Below, piece by piece: positions 28,443-40,258 of a DNA stretch of 64,000 nucleotides. The stretch is taken from assembly GCA_949287655.1 (NCBI GenBank), contig CASEHD010000006.1, positions 9,126 to 73,125 on the forward strand, in the 5' to 3' direction. The position numbers and the translations under genes are program-made. Under the pieces are notes generated by a model. That model made no database searches. It was not told the origin of the DNA and saw only the letters and a list, made by a program, of their open reading frames with translations. Source of the DNA: an uncultured Christensenella sp. (GTDB lineage: Bacteria; Bacillota; Clostridia; Christensenellales; UBA3700). Each line of letters opens with the position of its first letter. Position 1 is the first letter of the stretch.

Positions 28443-29048
28443 TTATTCAAGTAAAAAGTATATGATGTTTTTTATTCCGTCTTCATCACCCAATCCTGTA
28501 TCTTTAAAAGTGATTATTATTTTAAGATAATTGTCTTTTTTAAGTTTAAGAGCATATATTTCTCTTTTTTAACTTTATCGTCAATCAACGTTGCCGCTAC
28601 CTTATAATATTCGTATATTTTTTTTACGATAAAATCAACTTCTTTCGCTTCTTATTTCCCGACGTTTACGTTATCGCATCTTCTCGGCATTTCAATATAT
28701 ACTGTTTTTTCAAGCATGTGCCATATACCGGACCGGAATAATACGAACCTGCCATAAGGCGCCCGTGCGACGGGAACATTTTTCGCTGTCGCGTATAGTT
28801 GCCCGCTTTACAAAGCTCAGCCTTTTTTGTTTTGTGCCCCGGGTTTATGAAACATGCGGCAAAAATCATTGCTTGAGGGTGCTTGCAGTTTTAAGCCGGC
28901 AAATTTTTGTCGATACAAGGAAAATGCCGCAGGTAACATTAGACATATTATCAAGGCATTTAACGCAGTAGCTACGAAAATTTGCCGCTTTAAACCAGGT
29001 TCTTATTATTCTGGTCCGGTATACCTTACTTTTACTTGAAAACATCAT
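28443..29048 (-). pseudogene. decayed AT-rich ORF interrupted by MITE copy B
   Basis: Removing 28726-29021 plus one TA joins ATGATG... (29048) in frame to ...VWHMLEKTVYIEMPRRCDNVNVGK. An in-frame TAA (28652-28654) and a frame change near 28536-28541 follow. The 3' end ...IIYFLLE* is followed by a good terminator. Confidence 0.4.
28726..29021 (+). mobile_element. MITE-like element, copy B (296 bp, longest)
   Basis: taccggaccggaataatacgaacc ... ggttcttattattctggtccggta; flanked by TA/TA; contains extra internal modules and an internal inverted repeat gttttaagccggcaaattt / aaatttgccgctttaaac. Confidence 0.8.
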
Positions 29049-29204
29049 TTTTTTTCGTTTTCTATAAAGTAATATTCAGAAAGCATTTTCAGAAGTTGCT
29101 TGCATTTGAGATAAAACTTTTTACATTTTTTTGTGCTTATTATGATGATTTTGTCTTTCTATAAACCTCTTATAAGGGGTGCAGATTTTGTACAAATAAT
29201 AGTG

Positions 29205-29244
29205 AAAAAGCGACCGATTTTACTAATCGTAAACGGTCGCTTTT
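29205..29244. terminator. bidirectional terminator downstream of dnaN
   Basis: aaaaagcgaccg ...17 nt... cggtcgctttt. Confidence 0.55.
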
Positions 29245-29285
29245 GAATTTTATAAGAGTGTGAAAGATGTGCCTTTATACGCGGT

Positions 29286-30401
29286 TTATCTATTAAAGCC
29301 GCCGCGCAGCGGAAGAATCATATACAAATACCCGTCCCCTTCCACAGGCGATATAGTACTGGGAGAAGTGGGATTGGTAAGACTCAGTTTTATAAACTGA
29401 TCGTCTATTACCTTCATGCAGTCGAGAAGGTATTTAGAGTTGAAGAGTATTGTCATATCCTTACCGGTAGAGAAGACGGAAATCACCTCTTTGACGTCGC
29501 CCAGTTCGCTGTTGGAAGAGATAGTCATTTTGCCGCCTTCCTTTATTTCTATCTTTATCATATTAGACTTTTCGAAGCGGCTCATAACGTAAGATCTTTC
29601 CAGGCTGTTTTCGAGCATGGTCTTGTCGATCGTGATTACGGTCTCAAAGCTTGCCGGTATGCTGGATTCATAGCGGGTAAACACGCCTGTCATAAGGTTG
29701 CTTATGATCTTTGTGTGTTTCATATCGACCATTATCTTCTTGGGGCAGAAGTTAAGGCTGACGACTTCTTCGTCCTCTTCGAGAAGCTTATATATCTCGC
29801 TCAGATTTTTAGCGGGAATTATAGCGGTCGTTTCGGGATATTCCATAACGAGTTCCTTTAATGTCACCGCGAGGCGGAAGCCGTCGAGAGCGACGCACTT
29901 TATCTTATTTCCCTTAATTTCTATAAAACATCCTTTAAGAACGGGTCTTACGTCGTCTGTCGCGGCGCAGAAGATGGTCTTTCCTATCATATCCTTTACG
30001 TCCTTTTGCAGCATATCGACTGATATCTCGTAGTCGTATTGCTGTATGGGCGGGTAGTCTTTAAGCTTCATAGCCTTCAAGGTCGTTTCGCTGTCCATAT
30101 ATTTGATGACAAAATTCTGTTCGTCCATATAAGAAAGCTCTACGTCTTCGTCGGAGGGGAGCTTTCTTACCAGTTCTCCGAAGAGTTTGCCGGGAACGAG
30201 CGCTTCGCCTTCCATTTTTACGTCGGCGGTTATTGTTTTCTGAATTGCGAATTCGGTATCAGTAGCGGTCAGGGTAAGAGAATTGCCTTCCGCCGTGAGT
30301 TTTATACCTTCGAGAATGGGCATGGTCTTCTTTATAGGAAGAGCCTTCATGACTCTTGCCAGTGCTTCAGAGAGTAAGTTTCCTTTACAGCTTAATTTCA
30401 T
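29286..30401 (-). CDS. dnaN: DNA polymerase III beta sliding clamp
   Basis: ATG at 30401 preceded by GGAGGA; MKLSCKGNLLSEAL... about 371 aa; follows dnaA. Confidence 0.92.
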   Translation of the reverse strand: MKLSCKGNLLSEALARVMKALPIKKTMPILEGIKLTAEGNSLTLTATDTEFAIQKTITADVKMEGEALVPGKLFGELVRKLPSDEDVELSYMDEQNFVIKYMDSETTLKAMKLKDYPPIQQYDYEISVDMLQKDVKDMIGKTIFCAATDDVRPVLKGCFIEIKGNKIKCVALDGFRLAVTLKELVMEYPETTAIIPAKNLSEIYKLLEEDEEVVSLNFCPKKIMVDMKHTKIISNLMTGVFTRYESSIPASFETVITIDKTMLENSLERSYVMSRFEKSNMIKIEIKEGGKMTISSNSELGDVKEVISVFSTGKDMTILFNSKYLLDCMKVIDDQFIKLSLTNPTSPSTISPVEGDGYLYMILPLRGGFNR

Positions 30402-30434
30402 ATGTCCTCCACGCCCTTTTTTACTCAAGGGCTA

Positions 30435-30606
30435 ATTATTACGTATTTAATTTTAATAAATCGATAATAAAAATCTTAATAAGGGATGTGGATATGTGGA
30501 TAAGATTTTTTTAAAGCTTTTTATCCTCACATATTAAGATTTTTTTATCCATATACACGTTTGGAAAAGCTGTTGATAAAACCGAAAAGTTTTCCACTTA
30601 TCCAAA
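30435..30606. promoter_or_regulatory. dnaA-dnaN intergenic DnaA-box cluster with an AT-rich unwinding-type segment (candidate oriC core)
   Basis: Boxes: tgtggatat (30487-30495), tgtggataa (30495-30503, perfect), ttatcctca (30521-30529), ttatccata (30545-30553), tgttgataa (30571-30579) and ttatccaaa (30598-30606). The 30435-30485 segment is almost pure A/T, with TAA TAA AAA TCT TAA TAA abutting GGG and the tandem boxes. Confidence 0.75.
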
Positions 30607-30615
30607 CGGCGCGGT

Positions 30616-31986
30616 TTATTTTTTCTGTATCATCGCCTTTATGTCGTTTACCTGCGCCTGAATGAGCTTGTCTGATTTACAAAGGCTGGTTATCTTATCG
30701 CGGGCGTACATGACCGTCGTGTGGTCCTTGCCGAAATAAGAAGCGATACTTGTCAGGGGCAGACCGAGTATGTCGTTTATAAGATAAATAGCGATCTGCC
30801 TTGCGAGAGCGATATTCTTCATCTTCTTCTTACCGACTATATCGGCGCGCTTTATGTTGTAATAAGTGCATGTAGCGTCCACGATATTATCGATTGATAT
30901 GACGTGGGTAGAGACGTTGATATAATCTTTCAGCGCCTCTCTGGCGGTATCTATGTCGCAAACCTCTTTTTTTTCGAGAGAGCAGAAGAAAAAGACTTTT
31001 GAAAGAGCGCCTTCAAGTTCTCTTACGTTTGAAGAGATATTTTCGGCGATAAAGAATAACACGTCGTTACTTACGCTGAATTTTTTGAGTTCGGCTTTCT
31101 TTTTCAGGATTGCGACTCTTGTCTCTACCGACGGGTTGGTTATATCGACGGTAAGACCGCATTGAAATCTCGATTGAAGTCTTTCTTCGATAAAAGTAAG
31201 TTCTTTGGGATGGCGGTCGCTCGAAAGCACGATCTGTTTTTTGTTCTGATACAGGTCGTTGAATGTATGGAACAACGCTTCCTGAGAGCTCATTTTACTC
31301 GAAAGAAACTGCACGTCGTCTATCATAAGGACGTCGGCGTTGCGGTACTTTTCGCGGAAACTCTTATTGAGTTTATTGTCGCTTATCTTTGAAGCCTGTC
31401 TTGAAGGAGACAGGGAATCTATAAATTCGTTGACGAACTGTTCGCTCGTAACGTAAAGTATTTTCTTTGTTTTGTCTACTGAATGAATATAGTTGCCGAT
31501 AGCGTGCAGAATATGAGTTTTGCCTAAACCTACTCCGCCGTAAATAAAGAGGGGGTTATAGAGTACGCCCGGGTTTTCCGCGACCGCTTTCGCCGCGCTT
31601 GACGCGATGTTGTTGCAGTCGCCGACGACAAAATTGTCGAATGTATAAGAGGGATTTAATATATATTTGAAATCGTCCTCTTCCGTCTTTGTTTCTGCGG
31701 GTTGAAAGGTCTCTTTTTCAGGTTTGTAATTTTTTGCTTCTTCTTCCGTAATAACGATGATATCGGTCACGTAAGAGCCCGATTTTTCAATGGCGTCCCT
31801 GACAACGGTATTCTTAAAGCCGTCCACGGTCTTTTTGACGGAGACGAGCGGGGCGACCATTATCAGTTTATTGTTTTCTATCGTAAGAGGGACCAGTTTA
31901 CCGAACCACATCTCATAGCTTACGGTAGACATCGCCGCTTCGATATAAGAAGAAATATCTTTCCAGATTTTTACGCTTTCGTTCAT
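30616..31986 (-). CDS. dnaA: chromosomal replication initiator protein DnaA
   Basis: 456 aa; Walker A GGVGLGKTHIL, AAA+ sensor motifs, C-terminal DnaA-box-binding domain ...DHTTVMYA. Confidence 0.97.
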   Translation of the reverse strand: MNESVKIWKDISSYIEAAMSTVSYEMWFGKLVPLTIENNKLIMVAPLVSVKKTVDGFKNTVVRDAIEKSGSYVTDIIVITEEEAKNYKPEKETFQPAETKTEEDDFKYILNPSYTFDNFVVGDCNNIASSAAKAVAENPGVLYNPLFIYGGVGLGKTHILHAIGNYIHSVDKTKKILYVTSEQFVNEFIDSLSPSRQASKISDNKLNKSFREKYRNADVLMIDDVQFLSSKMSSQEALFHTFNDLYQNKKQIVLSSDRHPKELTFIEERLQSRFQCGLTVDITNPSVETRVAILKKKAELKKFSVSNDVLFFIAENISSNVRELEGALSKVFFFCSLEKKEVCDIDTAREALKDYINVSTHVISIDNIVDATCTYYNIKRADIVGKKKMKNIALARQIAIYLINDILGLPLTSIASYFGKDHTTVMYARDKITSLCKSDKLIQAQVNDIKAMIQKK

Positions 31987-31995
31987 ATCTATATT

Positions 31996-32024
31996 ATTAT
32001 AATATAAAACAAAAATTTTTTCAA
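31996..32024 (-). promoter_or_regulatory. sigma-A-type promoter for dnaA
   Basis: Minus strand reads TTGAAA-17 nt-TATAAT, ending 9 nt before the dnaA ATG; no Shine-Dalgarno in between. Confidence 0.55.
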
Positions 32025-32052
32025 TAAAAAGCCGGCAATAAAAAGAGGCGCG

Positions 32053-33141
32053 TCAAGCCTTTTTTATAGTGCCCGCGCTTACTCTGAAAAGGGTATGATC
32101 CACGTTTTCGTCGAATTCCGTGCAGGTGATTATCGTCTGAAGAGAAGAGGACATCTCAATGAGTTTCTTGCGTCTCGTCTCGTCCAGCTCGCTCAGAACG
32201 TCGTCTAGAAGAAGGACGGGTTTTTCCCCCGTTTCCTCGTTAAAAAGATCTATTTCAGCGAATTTGAGAGACAGAGCCGCGCTTCTTTGCTGCCCCTGGG
32301 AGCCGTATTTTCTGACGTCTGTGCCGTCGATCGTAATGTCCATATCGTCGCGATGACAGCCGAAGGTCGTGAAGGCGAGATCAACGTCCTTTTCGAACGC
32401 GGCTTTCAAGGACTCTGAAAACTGTCTTTCAAGTTCTTCCTCTTCGTCGTAGGAAAGTGAAGATTCGTAAGAAAGAGAAAGTTTTTCCTTTCCTGCCGAC
32501 AAGGTGTTGTGAGAGACAAGCGCGAGTTTTTTAAGCTTTTCGATAAAGTCGTAGCGCTTTCGTATTATATAAGCGCCGTATTTTGAGAGTTGAGCGTCCC
32601 AGACAAACAGCGTCTCTTTCAGCGTATTTATGCCGAATCCCGACTTTAAAAGCTTGTTTCTCTGCGCGAGCACCGCGTTGTATTTTTGAAGGGAATAGAG
32701 GTAATTTTTAGATTGCTGACACAGGCTTATATCAATGAATCTGCGCCTCTCCTGCGGTCCGTCCTTTATCATTCTCAGCTCGTCGGGACTGAAATATACG
32801 ACGTTCAATACGCCGATGACGTCGCTGAGTTTTGAGCACGGCAGTCCGTCCAGAAGAAGTCTTTTTTTATCCTTTGAGTCGACAGTAAGAGATATTTCGT
32901 GATCGCGGAATTTTTTAGCGACGACTACGTTTACGAACGCCTGTTTTTTATCCCGGTTTATCATCTCTTTTGAGTGAGAGGTGCGCGGGGACTTTCCGAG
33001 GGCGGCAAAATATATGCTTTCAGCGAAATTCGTCTTTCCGCCGGCGTTCGCGCCGGCGAAAATATTCAGACCTTCGCAGAGTTCGACAGTCTGATCGGTA
33101 TAGTTTCTGAAATCCTTTAAGCGTACCTTTCTGATAAACAT
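32053..33141 (-). CDS. recF: DNA replication and repair protein RecF
   Basis: MFIRKVRLKDFRNY..., Walker A GANAGGKTN, LLLDDVLSELD. Confidence 0.93.
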   Translation of the reverse strand: MFIRKVRLKDFRNYTDQTVELCEGLNIFAGANAGGKTNFAESIYFAALGKSPRTSHSKEMINRDKKQAFVNVVVAKKFRDHEISLTVDSKDKKRLLLDGLPCSKLSDVIGVLNVVYFSPDELRMIKDGPQERRRFIDISLCQQSKNYLYSLQKYNAVLAQRNKLLKSGFGINTLKETLFVWDAQLSKYGAYIIRKRYDFIEKLKKLALVSHNTLSAGKEKLSLSYESSLSYDEEEELERQFSESLKAAFEKDVDLAFTTFGCHRDDMDITIDGTDVRKYGSQGQQRSAALSLKFAEIDLFNEETGEKPVLLLDDVLSELDETRRKKLIEMSSSLQTIITCTEFDENVDHTLFRVSAGTIKKA

Positions 33142-33318
33142 ATATATAAAGTATATAGCATTTTTAAGGCGGTGTAAACTTTTTTAAAATCAGCGTTTAA
33201 AATAAATGACCGCGAAATAGAGCGTTACAGCGACAAAACACTTTCTTGCGTGTCCCCCACGCGAAAAATCTTCTCATTAAATCTGGGCGGTTTTAAGGCG
33301 GAATTTTGGCGATTATAG

Positions 33319-35329
<2,011 letters not shown>

Positions 35330-35339
35330 GAGGTGAAAG

Positions 35340-37934
35340 ATGGAAAACGAAAACAAGAAAGATATAGCCGAGATGCTCGAAAAGACGAATGTCGTCGATA
35401 TTGAGCTGGAAAGCGAAATGAAAAAATCGTTTATCGCCTACGCAATGGCGGTAAACGTATCGCGCGCGATCCCGGACGTAAGAGACGGTCTTAAACCCGT
35501 TCACAGAAGGATCCTTTTCGATATGAACGAACTGGGACTGACCAGCGACAAGCCGTTCAGAAAGTGCGCGCTTATCGTCGGCGACGTTCTGGGTAAATAC
35601 CACCCGCACGGCGACTCGTCCGTTTACGACGCTTTGGTCAGACTGGCGCAGAACTTTTCGATAAGATGCACCCTCGTCGACGGACACGGAAACTTCGGCA
35701 GCGTGGACGGAGATCCCCCGGCGGCTTACCGTTACACCGAAGCGAGACTTTCGAAGATCGCCAACGAGATGATAAGAGACATCGACAAAAAGACGGTTGA
35801 TTTCTATCCCAACTTCGACGATACGCGCGAACAACCGGTAGTTCTCCCGTCCCGTTACCCCAACCTTCTGGTCAACGGATCGGACGGTATAGCGGTCGGT
35901 ATGGCGACGAGTATCCCGCCCCACAACCTGGGCGAAGTCATCGACGGTACGGTCGCGCTTCTCGACAATCCGGACATAGATATCGACGAGCTTATGGAAT
36001 ACATCCCCGCCCCCGACTATCCGACCGGAGCGGTCATCATGGGCAGAAGCGGAATAAAGAAGGCATACCGCACGGGCAAGGGCAACGCGATCATCCGCTC
36101 CAAGGTAGAGATAGAAGAGATGAATAACGGCAAGAGCCGCCTTATCATCACGGAGATCCCGTACCAGGTCAACAAAGCGAACCTTATCATAGCGATCGCC
36201 GACCTCGTAAAACAGAAGAAGATCGAGGGTATAAGCGATATCCACGAGCAGTCCGACCGCGAAGGTATGAGAATAGTCATAGAGATAAAGAAGGAGTTTA
36301 ACCCGCAGGTCGTATTGAACCTTCTTTACAAGCATACTCAGCTGCAGGTCTCCAACTCTATGATAATGCTCGCGCTCGTCGACGGCACGCCCAGGATACT
36401 CAATCTGAAAGAGATACTCGAAGAGTACGTCAAGCACCAGAAATCCGTCATCGTGCGCCGCACTCAATACGACCTCGACAAGGCGCTCGAAAGAGAGCAT
36501 ATCGTCAAAGGTCTCGTAATAGCGCAGGCGAACATCGACGAGGTAGTCGCGATAATCCGCAGATCGCCGGACAGAGCGACCAGCGCGGCAAGACTCATTG
36601 AGAGATTCGAACTTTCGGAAAAGCAGGTAAACGCGATCCTCGACATGAGGCTGCACAGACTCAATCAGCTTGCGGTACACGAGTTGCAGGAAGAACTCGA
36701 CGAACTCGACAAGCAGATCGCCGATCTCAAAAACATACTCGAAACTCCGCAGAGAGTAGTCGATATCATAAAGAAAGAGCTTCTCGAGATAAAAGACAAA
36801 TACAACGATCCCAGAAGGAGCGAGCTGTCTTACGATTACAGCGACATCGACATCGAGGATCTTATCGACGAAGAAGACCTCATCGTATCCGTCACCCACG
36901 ACGGCTATATCAAGCGTATGGGCGTGGACGAATACCGCGTGCAGAAACGCGGCGGCATAGGCGTTACCGCGCATAAGACAAAGGAAGAAGACTTCGTCGA
37001 AAACGTCATCGCGACGAACACGCACGACTACATCATGTTCTTCACCAATAAGGGCAAGGTCTACCGCTGCAAGGGCTACCAGATCCCCGAAACGGGCAAG
37101 AACAGCAAGGGCAGGGCGATCGTCAACCTTCTCAACCTCGGCGACGGCGAAGAGGTCAACGCATACGTCTCCGTGCCGCGCGATATGAAAGAAGGCTACC
37201 TCGTGATGGCGACTAAGGAAGGTCTCATCAAAAAGACCGCCTTGGAAGAATTCGAGCGCATACAGACAAACGGCAAGATAGCGATCTCCCTCGTCGGAGA
37301 AGACGAACTTATCAGCGTACAGCTGACCGACGGCAGCGACGAAATACTCATGGCGTCCAGCGGCGGTAAGTGTATAAGATTCAAGGAAGAGGACGTCCGC
37401 CCGACCGGCAGGACCAGCCAGGGCGTCAAATCCATCAGAATGGACAAGGGAGAGAGAGTCGTCGATATGACGATAATAAAAGAGGGCTGCGACGCGCTGA
37501 CAATCACAGAAAACGGCTACGGCAAGCGTACCGATCTTTCAGAATATACTCTGCAGGGCAGAGCGGGCAAGGGCGTCAAGGTCGGCGTGCTCAACGATAA
37601 GACGGGAAACGTCGTCAATCTTAAGCTGGTGGATCCCGAAAAGGACGATCTCATCATCATCGCAGACAACGGCATTACGATCCGCGTAAAGGCGGGCGAC
37701 GTGTCGAAGATGGGCAGAAATACCCAGGGCGTCAAGATAATGAGAATGAAGGACGCGACCAGCAAGGTGTCCGCGTTTACGGTCGTTCCTCACGACGACG
37801 GCGAAGAGACTGAAGCTCCCGCAGAGGTGGCAACCGAAACCTCGGAAGGAGAAGTTTCTCCGGCAGCTGCGGACGGAAGTCCCGCAGAGGGAAGCGCTCC
37901 CGCACAAAGCGGCGCTCCATCTGATAACGAATAA
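35340..37934 (+). CDS. gyrA: DNA gyrase subunit A
   Basis: [23 protein letters not shown], active-site [10 protein letters not shown]; acidic and low-complexity C-terminal tail. Confidence 0.97.
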   Translation: MENENKKDIAEMLEKTNVVDIELESEMKKSFIAYAMAVNVSRAIPDVRDGLKPVHRRILFDMNELGLTSDKPFRKCALIVGDVLGKYHPHGDSSVYDALVRLAQNFSIRCTLVDGHGNFGSVDGDPPAAYRYTEARLSKIANEMIRDIDKKTVDFYPNFDDTREQPVVLPSRYPNLLVNGSDGIAVGMATSIPPHNLGEVIDGTVALLDNPDIDIDELMEYIPAPDYPTGAVIMGRSGIKKAYRTGKGNAIIRSKVEIEEMNNGKSRLIITEIPYQVNKANLIIAIADLVKQKKIEGISDIHEQSDREGMRIVIEIKKEFNPQVVLNLLYKHTQLQVSNSMIMLALVDGTPRILNLKEILEEYVKHQKSVIVRRTQYDLDKALEREHIVKGLVIAQANIDEVVAIIRRSPDRATSAARLIERFELSEKQVNAILDMRLHRLNQLAVHELQEELDELDKQIADLKNILETPQRVVDIIKKELLEIKDKYNDPRRSELSYDYSDIDIEDLIDEEDLIVSVTHDGYIKRMGVDEYRVQKRGGIGVTAHKTKEEDFVENVIATNTHDYIMFFTNKGKVYRCKGYQIPETGKNSKGRAIVNLLNLGDGEEVNAYVSVPRDMKEGYLVMATKEGLIKKTALEEFERIQTNGKIAISLVGEDELISVQLTDGSDEILMASSGGKCIRFKEEDVRPTGRTSQGVKSIRMDKGERVVDMTIIKEGCDALTITENGYGKRTDLSEYTLQGRAGKGVKVGVLNDKTGNVVNLKLVDPEKDDLIIIADNGITIRVKAGDVSKMGRNTQGVKIMRMKDATSKVSAFTVVPHDDGEETEAPAEVATETSEGEVSPAAADGSPAEGSAPAQSGAPSDNE

Positions 37935-37963
37935 CGAAAAGGCTGAAAGCCCGACTCTTTTTC

Positions 37964-37995
37964 AGACCCTTCCGGTTTCGGGAGGGTCTTTTTTT
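37964..37995 (+). terminator. intrinsic terminator after gyrA
   Basis: agacccttcc-ggtttc-gggagggtct followed by ttttttt. Confidence 0.75.
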
Positions 37996-38111
37996 GTCCG
38001 TCTCCGTGTTTCGCCGCGCAGCTTTCGGGAAGTCAAATATCTTAAAATAAGAGCGCTGAATACGGACGAAAATGTTTTGCTTTTGCAGGGGCGTATTGAT
38101 CACAAAAAATC

Positions 38112-38149
38112 AAATTTTCCTGTCCGTGTAGTTTAAACGCCGTATATGT
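38112..38149. repeat. 38-nt intergenic repeat, copy 2
   Basis: See copy 1 at 16-53. Confidence 0.5.
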
Positions 38150-38337
38150 CGCAGAAAAACGCTTTTAAGACAGGCGTCGCCGTTAAGAGACGGACGTTCT
38201 GTTGCGGACAAAAGAGAAAAAGAGGATCGGATTTTGAGTAAATTTATCTTAAAAAACAAGAAAAAGCGTAGAATACGATATTGCGCGCGCGGCGCGTTTA
38301 TGGTATTATATATTTAATAAAAAGAAGGGAGAAGATC

Positions 38338-39207
38338 ATGTCGGAAGAGATAAGAACAGAAAAACTCTGCAAGAAAAGGATATTGTCGTACACGGCTAAA
38401 AAGCGCGCGTTGGTTTCCGTGCTCGCAGTCGTGCTGTGCATTGCCGCGCTGTGTTTCGTCGATCTGAACGGCGCAATTACGCTCATATCCATTCCGATAA
38501 TAATCGCGGCGGCGTTCATAGTAGACAAGGTGTTTATATTCGTGCGCCCCGACGTTTACGGCAGGGATATGATAAAGAGGGGCAGGACCCCGATAATCGC
38601 GACTACGACGGTAGTTGCGGCGTTTACCGCGATATGCCTTTTATCCGGTATCGTCGGCTATCAGCTCGTGATGTACGCGGCGGCAAACGCGAACGTGGTG
38701 AAAACTTACGACAACCTCGACGACGCGATAGACTTTTTGCAGTCGTGCGGTCTCGACGACGATTATGAGATCACCGTCCATCTGAAAGACAGCGGCAGCG
38801 ACGAGTTCACGATCACAGCCGATTTCGTGCCCAAGTCGGGTGAATACGACAAAAACGACTTTAAAAAATACAAGGATTACAAAGTGAACGGCAACGTCGT
38901 CACCGTTACGATCAAGGCGTTCAATATCGAATACAACGGCGAGACGATCCGATATTACGTGCTCAACGAAAAGTACCCCAACGCGAAGATAGAGATAAAG
39001 GACGGCGCGGTAAATGTCGTCGATCTCGGGCAGGTGTTGGGCAAAGTGCTTGGCGCGACGTTCGGCGCGGTCGCCCAGATAGCACTGCTGGCAGTCGTCT
39101 ATGTCGTGGGTATAATCGCAGCGCTTGTTCCGTCCGAAATATACTTTGAAAAGCTTATAAGAAACGAGGCGAAAAAAGTTGAAGCCGCGGAAAAGGAAGA
39201 AGCCTGA
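38338..39207 (+). CDS. hypothetical membrane protein
   Basis: ATG at 38338 after AGGGAGAAG; N-terminal and C-terminal TM segments flank a soluble middle domain; no family recognised. Confidence 0.6.
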   Translation: MSEEIRTEKLCKKRILSYTAKKRALVSVLAVVLCIAALCFVDLNGAITLISIPIIIAAAFIVDKVFIFVRPDVYGRDMIKRGRTPIIATTTVVAAFTAICLLSGIVGYQLVMYAAANANVVKTYDNLDDAIDFLQSCGLDDDYEITVHLKDSGSDEFTITADFVPKSGEYDKNDFKKYKDYKVNGNVVTVTIKAFNIEYNGETIRYYVLNEKYPNAKIEIKDGAVNVVDLGQVLGKVLGATFGAVAQIALLAVVYVVGIIAALVPSEIYFEKLIRNEAKKVEAAEKEEA

Positions 39208-39231
39208 TAAAAGAAAAATACGATAATAAAA

Positions 39232-39255
39232 AGCGGGTTTCAGACCCGCTTTTTC
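39232..39255. terminator. bidirectional intrinsic terminator
   Basis: aaaaagcgggt-ttcag-acccgctttttc between convergent genes. Confidence 0.75.
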
Positions 39256-39323
39256 TCTTTAACGTTTAAGCCTGAAAAAGATAACGGCTTTAAATCTTGT
39301 CCGGCGCGTCGGTTATGCGTCTT

Positions 39324-39929
39324 TCAGCTTTTTGAGCTTTCCGGGCGGCGTAGCCCGCTCTTTTTGTTCGACATCGCAAAAACGGTAACGCCGTGAAAAT
39401 CCGCGCGTTCAACGACAAAAAAGCCGAGTTTTTCATATATTTTCACGTTTTCTTCGCTGTGGGTTTCAAGATAAACGGGAAGGTCGCCGCAAAGAGCGGA
39501 AAGGGTTTTTCTGAGCAGTCCTTTTCCGCGAGCCTGTTTTTTAACGCCTATGTTCTTGACGTAGCAGTCGGTCGAAGGGTCGTAATGCCTCCCGGCGAGA
39601 CTTTTGTTGAAATCCACGTATTCTTCCGCAAGAGCGAAAGTTTTATCGTCCACCGCATTGAAAAATTCACGCGACAGCACGGGGTCGTCAAAGAACAGCG
39701 CAGAGGATACGTCTTTGTCGGAAGGAAGTTTAACGCTGGCGACAACGTCGCAGTCGCCGTCGGTATAAGTGTAATTTTTAGCGGTGAAAACTTCGTACAG
39801 AAAGAACGCGCGTATGCCGCTCAACAGGTTTTTTTCGTCAAAGAAAAGGCGGTAGGTGTCGTAATCTCTGAACATATCCGTGAAAGCTTCGCTTATCTTT
39901 ATTATTTCGTCGTCGTTTATCTTTCTCAT
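39324..39929 (-). CDS. GNAT-family N-acetyltransferase
   Basis: Motif A VKKQARGKGLLRKTL followed by ETHSEENVKIYEKLGF. Confidence 0.7.
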   Translation of the reverse strand: MRKINDDEIIKISEAFTDMFRDYDTYRLFFDEKNLLSGIRAFFLYEVFTAKNYTYTDGDCDVVASVKLPSDKDVSSALFFDDPVLSREFFNAVDDKTFALAEEYVDFNKSLAGRHYDPSTDCYVKNIGVKKQARGKGLLRKTLSALCGDLPVYLETHSEENVKIYEKLGFFVVERADFHGVTVFAMSNKKSGLRRPESSKS

Positions 39930-39969
39930 ATTGTCTCCTTTGAGGAAAGGACTGTTTTAGGGTCCGGTA

Positions 39970-40166
39970 TACCAGCCCAGAATAATACGAACCAGCCCTG
40001 AGGTGCGCCTTTTATGCGTTTTTTAGCGATTCTCACTTGAAAATATTATAATATTATCTGCGTTCGAAATGCCGCAGGTAATATCAGACATATTATCAAG
40101 GCTTTTAACGCAGTAGCTACGGAAATTTGCCGCTTTAAACCAGGTTCGTATTATTCTGGTCTGGTA
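39970..40166 (+). mobile_element. MITE-like element, copy C (197 bp)
   Basis: taccagcccagaataatacgaacc ... ggttcgtattattctggtctggta; TA/TA flanks; equals copy A plus a 42-nt internal module shared with copy B. Confidence 0.8.
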
Positions 40167-40258
40167 TAACCGAAAGAAGGTAAAAGGCGGACGGACAAGA
40201 GCGGAAAGTTGTAAATCAGCCGGATATCCGTATTTTATCGTTTAATCGGTATTGTCGG

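Noticed and set aside
39393-40001. 202-aa plus-strand ORF
   Set aside because: Antisense to the GNAT gene, and it reads into MITE copy C.
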